Below, in pieces: positions 13,719 through 27,030 of a stretch of 64,000 bases of DNA; position 1 is the stretch's first letter; every line of letters begins with the position of its first letter. Source of the DNA: Chrysomallon squamiferum (taxonomy: Eukaryota > Animalia > Mollusca); contig CM022678.1 of NCBI GenBank assembly GCA_012295275.1, positions 16,244,001 to 16,308,000 on the forward strand. Reading direction: 5' to 3'. The notes below the pieces were generated by a model that saw nothing but the letters and a program-made list of their open reading frames with translations, was not told the DNA's origin and did not search any database. Made by a program: the position numbers and the translations under genes.

Positions 13719-15319
13719 GCTCTTTCTTTTTCTTTTTTGATGACACAAAAACAAACAACAATTATATGAATTTATTGACTTACAGACTGATTGGTTGAAC
13801 AGCTGATGGATCTATGGATGGATCGGTTGATTGACGGATCAATTTGAATAGCCAATTAAATTAATAATTAAAAACAAAACTATACGTACTATACGTACCT
13901 ACTTTCAGACCATATTAACCCGGTTATATATATTTTTTTCTTTAAATATACATAATAAATGTAAATAAGTTAACAACGTTCATGTACTTATTCTTAGCTG
14001 TAGGTATTTATAACATCTTTTAAATTGAATTTAAAAAAAATAATAAAAAATAAAATAAAATAAAATAAAATGTAAATAAGTTAACTACATTCATGTTCTT
14101 ATTCATTTTAGTTACAGGTGTTTACAGCATCTTTTAAATCAATAAAAAGACAATTGGCAAAAAAAAAAAAAAAAAAAAAAAGAGAAAGTTTAGATTTGTT
14201 GGACCAGAAGGAAACATCCAAAAAGAACAAGGAAACATCAACAGCAGCCGAGAACAGAACAAACAAACAGGACGCAACCAACACGAACCCGGTGACGAAT
14301 ACGAGACAAGTGCCGAAAACAAGAAGGAGCGGATAACGTCTACGAAACATCGGAACCGACTCGTTACGATCCGATATGCTGGACACTCCCTTGTGTCCTG
14401 CAATTGTAAGGAGAATCCATTCTCTTTCCTTCCCCAAAACACTCTTTCTGCTGGCCTGTCAGAAAGCGTGCCCGTCGTAGACGTGCTTCACAACAGCTTG
14501 CTCTGATTAGCACGTTAATTTATTTCACTTCACTTCACTTAGATTGCTATTGTTGAATGTTTGTGTCGGTTACCGGCCAGATGTTAAACCTTAGTCACAC
14601 AAACTTGGTATTACATAATGTGTAGTTATATGTGTATAATTTTTTGACGTTGTGATGTATATGAACATGTTAAACATTAGTTGTGAATGTATTAGGAAAG
14701 TATGGATTGTATAATTGCATGAACGAATAACATATGTTATGTGTTATGTTATGTGAATTGTTTGATAGGAACCATGTATTAGCAAAATGTGGCAAGATAG
14801 ATTTGTTTAATTATTTATGACAGTCTAGGGAATGGCATGCGTTATATATATTTCTTATTGTAATGTAATGTATTCTGTCTTGTTGTATTTTAAAGTATTG
14901 GTTTGATTGTGCCAGGGTTTTAAACATACATTGTGTGTGATGTCAAATAAAAAGCCATTGTACTGAACCTAAAGCTGTTTGTCGTCTTTTTGAAAACAGG
15001 TCACAGTCTACATTTCAATGTTTACGAAGCGCTGCTATAACCAGACGGTAATTAATCACAAAGTATCAAGCAGTATCCACGTTTAATTCAGTAAGTAGAT
15101 ACCTAGATAGAGATCTACATCAATACAATAATCTCTCTGTGAAAACCAGTTTGAGTATTTAAACAAAGCATCCCCACTATAACCAGACGGTAATTAATCA
15201 CACAGTATCATGCAGCATCCAAGTGGCTGTTTACCTTCCTGCTCCCTGAATCGTGAAGGTTGCACTTGGACTAAATCAAATGGTTTCGGGTCAAGAGTTC
15301 GAGTGGGAAAATCACAAGG

Positions 15320-15510
15320 AGTTACTACAACTGCAGCTCTGATTGGTGGTTATAGGTGACAGTGACTATTAAATTGTGATCAAAGCAAGCGGTACTACCC
15401 GGAAGTGAGGATGATTCGCCGAATGGTAAGATAACTCTAAATAATTACATTGCGGAACCGGCCAATTGTTGAGTGAATATTTGGTGTTTGGCTGGCAGTC
15501 GGAAGTCTGA
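15320..15510. promoter_or_regulatory. Putative (bidirectional) promoter
   Basis: Locally GC-richer. ACTACAACTGCAGC (ZNF143/THAP11-like, ~15324), GATTGG (reverse CCAAT, ~15341), CCGGAAGTG (ETS, 15399), second CGGAAGT (~15500). Flanked by donor-like sites on both strands (minus AAG|gtaaac at 15235/15234, plus ATG|gtaaga at 15425/15426). Confidence 0.45.
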
Positions 15511-15844
15511 ACCCTGATATGTAAATGGCAAAGGTCAGATGTTTTTTACTTGTTAGTCATAAAGACAGCAGCATGAAGCAATGTCTTTACGGTTAAAATT
15601 TTAGGCAAAGGTTTCCACAGATCAGATCATTTTTGTTATTACATCTCTACGCTTAAGTCTTTATATATGAAAGCAGAAACAAATAATATCTAATACAGAT
15701 CTTGAAGTATAATGAAAATTAAGTTATTAGAAGAAAGAACTATGAATGACAGCAACAACAATAAAATTTAAAATAATAACAAGAACAAAATAAAATAAAT
15801 AAAATAAGTATGTAAAAAAGTGATAATTGAAAGCTTAAAGTGAA

Positions 15845-16389
15845 TTATTCAAATTATCTTTTCTTCTATAATTCTAAATAAGCATTTATATCCATACAAA
15901 TTTATTAAAAATAAAAAAATAGTGTACCTGATAATGACTCGAAAAATTGATATATTCAAATCTATAACAATAATAATGAAAAAATAATGAAAAAAAGAAA
16001 GAAATTTAAAGAAAGAATTTGCTTGTAGAAGTCTGATAAGGTAAATATAATTTTTCCCTTTATTTACCAAAAATTAGTAATAATAAAGAACAACAAAAGA
16101 AATAAAAAGAAAAGACAAGTAATGTCTAATGTCTCCTATTGTCCTGCAATATTATTTACACAAAAGCCAAATATTAAACAAACCATTTCACTTCAGATGT
16201 TGAATGTTTTACATTTTCACACATACAAAATACAGAGCAGTCTTCTTCTACATAAAATAGTTATAATCATTCTTAGAACAAGCAACTGTAAACACTTTGC
16301 ATTGCCAAGAAGAGAAACAGTTAAAACTGAAGGACGTTTGAAAAAATCAAAAATCAAAATTAAAAAAGAAACTATATTTTAAAGATTAA

Positions 16390-16422
<33 letters not shown>

Positions 16423-16449
16423 CATATATACATACATACATACATATAC

Positions 16450-16480
<31 letters not shown>

Positions 16481-17090
16481 AAAACTGAAAACCTGTGCAT
16501 TAATGAAGGTGTATTACCAAAAAATAACTGAAAGCAAATACCAAGCTAACAGAATCAATCACTGAATGGTTGAAAATGAATAATGGAGAGAGAATAATGA
16601 TTCCATTTTACAAAAACAATATCAACTCTTTTTAATGAAAACAATATGAAAATTAATGGCATTAGAAAAAAAAATATGAACAAAAAAGTTGTAACTGAAA
16701 TCATGATATAAAACATGAATATCAAAAATTCGAATTAATATTATTTGTTTATCACATTATCTTCAGCATTTAATCAAACGCTGAACGAAAGATAAATGAA
16801 TAACTATGAATAATGATGAGAAGTATTATTCAGACTAATCACAATTTATTTATTTATAAACACTTTGCTGTAATTAACATTAGCCATCTTTTTTAATACC
16901 CTGGGTTATTTTAAGTCTTCTTTTTCGTTTTGAAAAATGAATTACATGACAGCATTTTGAAGATCTAACAAAAATATTTTCTGTACAAAGCAAAACAAAT
17001 ATACAGCAATTATAATACATAACAATAACAATACACTTAGTTCATATGACAAAGAGATCAGTGTTGATTGGATGGCTGCTGAACTATTAA
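15845..17090 (+). repeat. Segment A copy 1 (direct repeat of ~25645-27030; partial third copy ~22395-22530)
   Basis: Shared blocks, e.g. gtaatgtctaatgtct..ctgcaatattattta (16119/26114), gaaaatgaataatggagagagaataatgattccattt (16572/26550), caatacacttagttcatatgacaaagagatcagtgt (17029/26972). Confidence 0.9.
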
Positions 17091-17908
17091 TTTGAGTAAT
17101 TAAAATTTGCTTCATCCAGCAGCTGTCAAACTCTTTCATTTCAGGTCTCCATGACTTCATAAAAATTTGACCTGAGAAAACGTTTACCTGAAATTTTAAC
17201 CGTACAAACTTTATGCTGCTGTGTTTGTGAGTAACAGGTAAAAATAATATTAATAAAAATAAATAAAACAAACATATTTGACCTAGGTAATTGTAGAGGT
17301 AAACGTAACTTGAGTCTTTAGAAATGTATTTTCCTTTGTTAAATATAAACCCATATCAATATGCCATTGTGCACTTTGCCCCTGGAGATCGACGGACTAT
17401 TTACACCGGCACACAATAAACTAAATATAACTTGTACTATTTTTGTTTTTTCTTCTCTTTTCTTGTTGAAAATTGTTGAACTTTGTCAACATTATTTATT
17501 CTGAGCATGCATGAACATGCACACACGCACACACGCACACTCAAGCTCACACACACATATATAATAATAATAATAATAATAACTTTTTTCCTTCTTTTTT
17601 GTTTATTTACTTTTTTGATAAAGACATGTCTGTATGTAATTACCATCAGCCATGTGTGTGAAAAATATTTCCTAGGTAAGGAGAGGTTGGCAAATGATGG
17701 GACTATCCACGTGGTGAGTAACTAACTGTATAGAGGTCAAAAGGGGTCAATAAACACCAGTGTGATTTATGGTAGTTTTTGTACTGAGTATAAGAAATTT
17801 GTGATTAAGATACACTCATAGCAGGGGCGATTTATTGGGCAGGTTCTCATTGTACGTAACTCCTCCCGGCACTGCACACACACAGACACACAGAGAGGGA
17901 GAGGGAGA

Positions 17909-17948
<40 letters not shown>

Positions 17949-18466
17949 TAAATACTAAATAAAACATTTCCTTTCCTATTTGTTTCGTATATAGAATTTA
18001 TACTGAGTACGAACTAAACTGTTTGTTAGCGGGGTATTTTTTGTTTTTTCTTTTGTAACTATGACAGAATGAGTTTTGTATGTGTATGCTTTAAAAGGAA
18101 ATATCCTGGAAATAATTCAGTCTTAATGACATTTCCTACTAAATAAAATTATTATATTTTTGTGTATTATGACAAACATCCTGCAATATTTACTTTCAAA
18201 CTGGTAAATTACCTCCCCTTAAACTCCACCTCAAAACCACACCACCATTCCGTTTCCGATTCGTGTACTGATTTCTTGGAAGATTTCCAAAATAAATAAA
18301 TATAAGTATTTATAACTTTAAGAAGCCATTTTGTGTCTGTGTCGTTTGGATACCTGCATTTAGTCTCGATTCCCAGTCTAATTTTTAACAGTTAAATAGT
18401 TTCATTCAATAATTCATTGGACTAAACGAATCATTCTTATAGAAAAAACTGAAGTAAAATTTCAAA

Positions 18467-19081
18467 ATGTTTTCAGGAAAACTGCCTACAGGTAGGTTTT
18501 AAAGTAAATTCGATCTGGAGACACATTCATTTTTTATCTACATCCTGCTTGAATAGGCGTAGTCTGAAGATACTTGAAACTTGGCGAAGTCACCATTAAA
18601 AGCTCGGGCGGGCAAAACTTAGTTTAGAAATTTTTATCGAACCAGAAAGCACCTATATTATCTTCAAGAAATTATTACTGATACTAAAATTAGTTTTAAG
18701 GCACTCTCTTTGTTACTACAACTATATAACTTTTTTCTGTATTTATTCCTTAATTTTTCTAATTATTACAAGAACATTGATGGTTCCGCGATTTGACTCA
18801 GTGCGAAATCAACGCAAATGCAATTTTCTGTGGAGCAATGTCATCGTACTAATTACATAAATAAATACGTCGTTTAAATTATTTGTATTTTAAATGAATT
18901 CATTGTATTAGTTCATCAGCACAAAGTTAATAATAATAATAATACATTTCTGGTTTTAGTTAGTCTACCCATCGTCGGGACACGACCGTCCAAACCTCCT
19001 TCAGTTCCAATCCGGAACGTACCGATAGACAGACCACCATCACCACATCTTCCAGGTGCAACCGACTCTAAAAAGTCCTAA
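18467..19081 (+). CDS. Two-exon proline-rich micropeptide gene, copy 1 (exons 18467-18491, 18960-19081; 48 aa MFSGKLPTVSLPIVGTRPSKPPSVPIRNVPIDRPPSPHLPGATDSKKS)
   Basis: caaaATG start, G|gtaggt donor, ttttag acceptor, matching phase-1 splice, stop at 19079-19081, AATAAA at 19159; TATA-like 18297-18306 and GCCATTTTG at 18325; same structure in the inverted paralog with mostly synonymous differences. Confidence 0.7.
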
Positions 19082-19785
19082 TGACGTCAGTTTCTAAACA
19101 ACTTGGAGACGTCATGCATCTTATAAAACGCGGCTTCAGTATGTCATGATAATTACGTAATAAACACTTTGTCGTCAAATGTGTGTGAGAGACGTCCTGT
19201 TATTATTCATAGTTATTCATTAGCCTTTGATTAATTTCTACAAATATTATGATTAAAGAAAGTTAATATTTCTTATAAATTTTGATATTTAAGTTTTACA
19301 TTATGCTTTGTCAGTGTTGTTAATCAGTTTTAATACTAAAATGAAATATGCTATTTACAATCTTAAAAGTAGCTTTATTAAATTAACTTTTATTTGATAC
19401 TGTTTGACTGTTCATTAACAATGTCGTGAATTATTAAATTTTAATAGGGTAATATTGAATGATTTATTAATAAATTAACTTTTAAATGATCATTTTTAAC
19501 TGCTTCATTAATAATGTTGTCAATTATTAAATTTTAATATTAATACTTGAAAGTAACATTAACACTAATACTAATAATTAAACATCTTAATACTTTTTTT
19601 TATTAATTACTAATAAACTTTTAAAGGGTAATGTTTTATTGTTTTATTAATAAACTTTAAATTCTTGAAAGTAATGATACTTGATTTATTTATTAATTAA
19701 CATCTAATGTTGGGTTTTTTTAAAATTAATCTCGATTTATGCCATAATTTTCAGTATGCAGTTTAGAATTGCTATGTGCGGTCAA

Positions 19786-19895
<110 letters not shown>

Positions 19896-20120
19896 GTCAG
19901 TATGTAATGTTTTTTATCATTCAGATATTTCGTATATAATGGTATTTTCTGCTTTACAAGTCCACTCTGTAATGTTAAATTCAACCTTTTTTTCGGGGGT
20001 GCAAACGTATCTATTAAAAAACAACAAAAGAACAAAACAAAAAACCCCAGGAATATAAACGGTAAATTGACAGCAATTTTTATAAATCAATAACTGAATA
20101 AGTCTATCTATCCACTAGAT

Positions 20121-21045
20121 CAGTGGCTCTCAACCTTTTTTTGCCAATGGCACACCTATGAAAAAATAGCGCACATTTGGCTAAATATATATGAACAATA
20201 TCTGAATTTTGTAAAATAAAAACGTGGTACATCATAGACGTCATACAACCGTAGATACAGACACATAGAATGACTCAAACTAAATAAAGAAAAACACAGC
20301 TATGAACTCACTTCATTGCAGTGTTTCGAATTTCATCAGCCAAATAGCTGGCTTCTTTAGTCTGAAATTTGTGCCTTGCTTTTATTCATAATTTCCTCAA
20401 TGTCTGGTCGAATATGAAACACCCTCATTTCTTCTTCCATTGTACGTAATCTCTTGCACTTCTTGTTTTTGATGTTGTTTAATGTTGAGAAGTCTAATTC
20501 ACATATATAAGAAGTTGAAAATTAAAATAAAATTTCTAAAGCTCTTTTACATAATATGGGAAACACCTCTGGAACTGAAATCCAAAATGAATCAATGGGC
20601 AGAGTCGAATATTTTAATTTTAACCCTCGGTCATTAGAAAGGGTGGCCAATTCTTCTTCTTCCTGTAACTCTAGTTCAGTGTTGGAAAAATGATTTATGA
20701 AAGGATCTCTAATCCAATCATACTTTTCTGTCTTTAATGACGGAAAGTAATTGTTGATGCTTTCGACCAGGGCTGTCAGATGAGTAAACACAATAGAGAT
20801 AATTTGTCTAACGCAGGTAGAACGCAATAAAGGGAACATATCAAGATTGACAGTGATTGCACTTTTTTTTTCCAAATCACAATTTTCTTTTTGAGGGCAA
20901 CTAACTTGTCTGCTGAAGTGAGAATATTTTCGTTTTTACCTTGCATGCTACAGTTTGTTTTATTTTGGGATCATGTGGTTTTTCCCTTTTTTTTAGTGTG
21001 CCACTCAAAATTTCGCGGCACACTTAGGAAGATCTTATGGCACTT
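20121..21045 (-). mobile_element. hAT (Buster/Charlie-type) transposon remnant, 3' part of the transposase
   Basis: End CAGTGGCTCTCAACC at 20121 preceded by CACTAGAT (nnnTAnnn target); minus-strand DWIRDPF...FWISV..FPILCKRALEILF then FSTSYMCELDFSTLNNIKNKKCKRL (hAT C-terminal dimerisation motif). Confidence 0.85.
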
Positions 21046-21616
21046 GGGATTAGTTTTGGGATTAGTTTTGGTATTTCCCTTACGAGAAATACTTCATTCC
21101 AGATCGTTAGACTGGTGCCTACCGTTTTTAAAGATCTAGAGTCGACTTCAAAATATATTTCTTTTGAATTTTGGTTATTGTTGATTTTCATGGTGTTGTC
21201 AGTAATGTTAATGTGTGGTTTCTATGAGATTTTTTTTTTTTTTTCGATATCTGTGCGGGTTTTTGTTTGTTTTTTTTGTTTTTCTTTTGATGTGCCTCTA
21301 TGGTAGCGCGGCGTTGATTCTGTTTGTGTTCTTTTTTTCCTCCTTACGGTTTCCCAGATACTGTTTGTCGCTATCGTTCTCAGCTTCTGTGTCGGAGTCG
21401 CGTAGGTATGCAAGTATGTGAAGGTTTCTGTTAATGATTTTTTGCTCAGCTGTTTTGTCGGAGTCAGAGTGTTTTCTCGTTTTTCTTTTGTCGCCTATTG
21501 TTTTTGTTTATTTCCTCTGAATTCGGGCTTTGCTCCATTGGCCGTTTCGAAACTCTAGTTTCCATTTCTGAATCGTCAGAAACGGCGTTGTTTGTGTTGG
21601 TGAGTATATTTGCCAT
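21046..21616 (-). mobile_element. Probable 5' (ORF1-like) fragment of a LINE, decayed
   Basis: Same C/A skew as the 10-13.7 kb LINE but on the minus strand; begins MANILTNTNNAVSDDSEMETRVSKRPMEQSP and breaks up; abuts the hAT remnant. No diagnostic motif, so identity is inferred. Confidence 0.35.
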
Positions 21617-21770
21617 TATGTTAGTTATTTAAGACAGGGGAAAATAAATACAGAGAGAATGTGTTGAAAAAAAAAACGGAGAAAAGAACAAACCGCAAAT
21701 ATAAGTAAAATAGTAAGGATGACAATAAAACAAATAGATAAAAATAATAGAAATAAGAATATAAATCTCA

Positions 21771-21816
<46 letters not shown>

Positions 21817-22101
21817 AATAAAATAAAATAAAATAAAAATAATAAACAAAGTAAATGGGACTATAGCTTTTTGTGTGAGCATTCCAATCAGAGGACAACA
21901 ATCACAACTTATGTTCCGAGTTAACATCATCTCGGAGTCGAGCTCTGTCGTTATTTACCAAATGCCAGCCTTTTTATAACAACGCCACGGAGTTGAAAAA
22001 TTAGCGGAAACAATAAAAAGAGCGGATCTGACTGAAGTAACAAATTTGGTTATGAAATCTGAATTCCGTGACAATGTGTGTATGTGTTTGTTTCTCGTAT
22101 A

Positions 22102-22140
<39 letters not shown>

Positions 22141-22534
22141 ATATACACATACACATACACACACATACATATATGTTTGTTAAGAGTTTATTTCTTGTTT
22201 TGGTAAATCGGATTAAAAGTAAAAAAGTTGTTTTGGTAATGTCTATATTTATCAAAGGACATGACATTTTTAAACGCTCGAGTATCCTCCACACATATCT
22301 GGGTCAAATCTGAGTTACATGTATTTAAATTCACTTTTATTTATTTTTATTTTTTATTTTTTTTTTTACATTTTATTCACAAGAGAAGCACAAATAAATA
22401 TGAACAAAAAACGTATATCTAAAAGCAACTTAAATATCAAAATTTATAATAAATATGAACTTTCTTTAATAATAATATTTTTAGAAATTAATCAAAGACT
22501 AATGAATGCTAAATGAATAACTATGAATAATAGC

Positions 22535-22603
22535 ATGACGTCTCTCATACACATGCGCAAACATACACAAATACAAAAACTGGCGTATATGTTCACCGGT
22601 CAA

Positions 22604-22635
<32 letters not shown>

Positions 22636-25470
22636 ACACACACGTGCACATAGCAGTTCTAAATTGCGTACTGAAAATTATAGATAAATCGAGTTTATTT
22701 ATACCTGAAAAGATTAGACGTTAATTAATAAATAAATCAAGTTAGTATTATTGTGTTAAAAAATTTAAAGTTTATTAATAAAACAAACAAACATTAGCTT
22801 TTAAAAGTTTATTCAGTAATTAATAAAACAAGCAAAGAATTTTAATTATTAATATTATTGTTAATATTACTTTCAGTATTAATCTTAATATTTACTAACT
22901 GACAACATTATTATTAAAGCAGTCAAACATTATCATTTAAAAGTTAATTCATTAATAAATCATTCAGTATTACCATATCTTTTTTCTTTTTTTCTGTCAA
23001 TATTAATATTAAAATTTAATAATTGACATTATTAATGAAACCGTCAAACATTATCATTTAAAAGTTAATTCATTAAAGATACTTTTAAGCTTGTAAATAG
23101 CATTTTTAATATTAAAACTGATTAATAATTAGCAACACTTGACTAGTTGATAAAATTTTAATAACTAAGCGAAGTCTTTATATATAATTATTATGACAGA
23201 AGCTGCTTTTATAAGATGTATGACGTCTTAAAGTTTTGATCTCCAAGTTGTTTATATTCTGAAGTTATTTAGGTTTATATTCCGCCTCTGGAAGATGCGG
23301 GGGTGCTGGTCGGGGTGGGAATGGGTTATTTGGTGTGCTTGGTACTGGAACTGAAGGAGGTTTGAACGGTCGTGTACCGACAATGGGAAGATCAACTAAA
23401 AAATAAAAATTAATTAATTAATTAATTAGGTTTTTAAAAGAATACATTTTAAGCTAAAGGCATTCATTACGTTTCGTTTAAAAATTATTTTGTCGATAGA
23501 TACATCAATGTCAAAAATCGGAAATTACGAATAAGGAAGACGGAAGTAGAAAAACGAAATTAAAAAAATAAATTAAAAATTAATCGAAAAGAAAAGAAAG
23601 CTGATGAACTGGAAAAATGAATTCATTTAAAATAAAAATAATTTAAATGACATATTTATTTATATAATTATTTTGCTCCATAGAAAATTGCACTTGCGTT
23701 AATCTCTCACATGAAGAAATACAACAGCCTCTGTGAAAACTTGGAAACATCAACTTTCTTGTAATAATTAGAAAATTAAATAATAAATAAATAAAAATAA
23801 TATAGTAGCAGTATAAAAAAGAGAGTGCCTTAAAACGAATTTTAATATCAGTAATAATTTCTTGAAGATATGACAGTGAAAATCTTTTATTCTGTTATTT
23901 GTTTTATAATTTTGCTTTTGAGCTAATTCTGGGGAATGTATCTAGGGAACAAGACTAACAACGTCAGGCTGGTATTATTTTATCATCAATTTTTTAAACT
24001 ATTTTGAATCGGTTACGTAACCACTTATGTGGATATTTAATTGCTATTATTTCATTGTGCCGTAATAATTTATGCACCTTTTGTTTATTAAATTGCTTGT
24101 TGTGTTGGTAAATCGGATTTAAAGCCTGTTTCTATTAACACTGACGTTGGTTAACCAATATTTAATGTTTATTGTTTATATTGAATATAAATTTTTTCTT
24201 TATGACAGTTCCGGATAATAAATTGTCTGTTTCTATTAATTGTTACTTTAACAATTTTTTAAGTAATGTTTATTTATCTTAAATTTATCTTATGTTTAAT
24301 GTGTAATGAGTGTTTCATTATGTTTATTGCTTACATAAACTTTTTTTCTATCACAATAGCTTTATTTTTCATAAAAGATACTTTTGTAAAACCCAGTAAC
24401 TGAGTAAGTAAAAATTCTAAAACAAAACGTTTGAGAACTAAGCAAGAAGAAAAAATGAATTTCTTTATTTGACTAAATACTAATTTGACTAATACTACAA
24501 AAATAAATGAATTTTAATATTATGTGCTTTCTTTTTTTTTCCATAAAAGTGACGTAAAACCATATACAATAATTTCACGTTTTAGTTCTGCCCGCTTGAA
24601 CTTTTTAATGGCGACTTCGCCAAGTTTCAAGTATCTTCAGACTATCCTCTATTCAAGCAGGACGTAGATTAAAAATGAATATTTCTCCAGATCGAAATTA
24701 CTTTAAAACCTACCTTTAGGTTTTCCCGTTGGTAACATTTTGAAATTTTCTTCAGTCAAAATATGAATAATTGGTTTATTCGAAAGAATTATTCAGTGAA
24801 TACTCGGTGTTTGAAAGTTTATACTCGGATATGTAAATGACTCAGACACAAAATGGCCCTTAAGGCTAAAAATACTTGTTTATATATTTAGCATGCTGAC
24901 AGAATATGTCCTTGAACATTTTAGTTTCGTACATAAATTCTGCATACGAAACAAAGAGAAAAGGAAATGTTTTATTTATTATTTACATCAGTGAGTGTGT
25001 GTGCGTGTGTTGGCGGGAGTAACCGTTCAACTGAGAACCTCACCCCATTTAAACATGACTTTTCAATAATTATTACTAAAAGATAGTATTAAATCCTAAA
25101 GCTTTGTAAACAGTGAAAGGCGAGATATAATAATAAATAAATACGCCGGAATACAAACTGATACTCAGTTCAAAGCAGAAACTATCAAATCTTTTACACT
25201 ATCGACCTGTTAATGGAATCCTGTTAAAATAAAATAATATATTTCTTTATTTAATGGTAAATATACTTATAACCTGGAATTTTTTTTTTTTTTAAATCAA
25301 AAATTAAAAAAATATAAAATAAAACAAAACATAGTACTAATTAGACATTTCCAGTACAGTAGATACCATAATACATCCTGGTGTTTATTGACCCCTTTTG
25401 ACCTTTGTACAGTTAGTTACCCAGCCCTTAGATAGTCCCATCAACTCCTTTGCCAAACCCCTTTATCTAA
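22535..25470 (-). repeat. Segment B', right arm of the inverted duplication (with ~0.7 kb extra sequence at ~23875-24560)
   Basis: Collinear reverse-complement similarity to 17640-19900. Confidence 0.9.
23265..24738 (-). CDS. Two-exon proline-rich micropeptide gene, copy 2 (exons 24738-24714, 23395-23265; 51 aa MLPTGKPKVDLPIVGTRPFKPPSVPVPSTPNNPFPPRPAPPHLPEAEYKPK)
   Basis: caaaATG start, identical 25-nt first coding exon length, G|gtaggt donor, tttttag acceptor, open frame to TAA; TATATAAA (minus, 24886-24879) about 30 nt before GCCATTTTG. Confidence 0.7.
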
Positions 25471-25644
25471 AAAATACTTTTGATATATATAGATAATAAT
25501 GATCATTTATGATACAGATCAGGAAGTACAATGAAAATAATCATATTAGAAAAAACAAACATGACAACAACAACAACAAAAAGAAGGAGAAAAAAAGAAG
25601 TGGTAAATGAAGCTTAAAATAAATGTCAAATAACAAAAATTCTA

Positions 25645-26315
25645 ATTATTATAATTATGTTTTCTTCTATAACTCTACAAAGGTATTTTGTTTATCCAAA
25701 CAAATGACAAAATAATGACTAAATAAGGAAAAACAGATCTAGTGAAATCTGTAACAATAATAATAATAATTATAAAAAAATAAAAAATATAAAATTAAGA
25801 AATTAAAGAAAGAATTTGCCTATTGAAGTCTAATAAGGTAAACATAATTTATTCCTTTATTTACTGTTTAATTTTCTTTTTTAATCTTTTTGTTAAAGCG
25901 TATTCATTCAAAAATTTAAAATAACAAATAATAATAATAATAAATAACATCGTAATCTTAAATATATATAAATGAAGCATCAAATTTCAAAAAGATTTAG
26001 ACAGATAAAACATAAAAAGGGACATAATTTATCTGAATTTACTTATTTATCCTTATTTTTTTTTATGTTTGAAATGTAAGAGGGATGTTAGTTATTTATG
26101 AATGAAAAGACATGTAATGTCTAATGTCTTCTACTGTCCTGCAATATTATTTAAGCTTATTATCATTAAATATTCCATTTCACTTCAATAAAATGTTTAA
26201 CATCTTCACATATACAAAATATAGAGCAGGCTTTTCTACATGACATAGTTATAATCATTCTTAGAACAAAAATAAAAATTTAAAACTGAAAGACATTTGG
26301 AAAAAAACCCCACAA

Positions 26316-26357
<42 letters not shown>

Positions 26358-27030
26358 GAAAAACTATATTTTAATGCTTAATATATATATATATATATTT
26401 GAATGATCTTCAACAATCCCATGCAGTGAATAATAGCTTAATTTATTTTCTTCAATAAATATGAAAAGCCTGAGCATAAATAACTGAAGGTGTATTAGCC
26501 AAAAAAATAATAATTAAAAGAAAAATAACAAGGTAATCATTGAATAGTTGAAAATGAATAATGGAGAGAGAATAATGATTCCATTTTACAACAACAATAT
26601 CAACAATCCTTTAAATGAAAATAATATGAAAATTAATGGCATTAGAAAAAATATATATGAACAAAAAAGTTGTAACTGAAATCATAATATGAAACATGAA
26701 TATCAAAAATTCTAATAAATGTTAATTTTTTTTTTTACATTATTTTCAGCATTTAATCAAATATTGAATGAAAGATAAATGAATAACTGTGAATAAGTAT
26801 TATTCAGAATAAAAACATTTTATTTATAAATACTTTGCTGTAATTAACATTAGCCCTAATTTTTTGTTTTGTTGTCTTCTTTTGTGTTTGAAAGCATTTA
26901 CAAGATCTGATAAAAAATATTTTCTATACAAAGCAAAACAAATATACAGCAATTATAATACATAATAATAACAATACACTTAGTTCATATGACAAAGAGA
27001 TCAGTGTAGATAGGATGGATGCTGAACTAT
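25645..27030 (+). repeat. Segment A copy 2
   Basis: Diverged direct repeat of 15845-17090. Confidence 0.9.

Noticed and set aside
24585-24680. Plus-strand reading FCPLELFNGDFAKFQVSSDYPLFKQDVD as an exon
   Set aside because: The frame is not preserved in the paralogous arm (indels); it lies inside the intron of the opposite-strand micropeptide gene.
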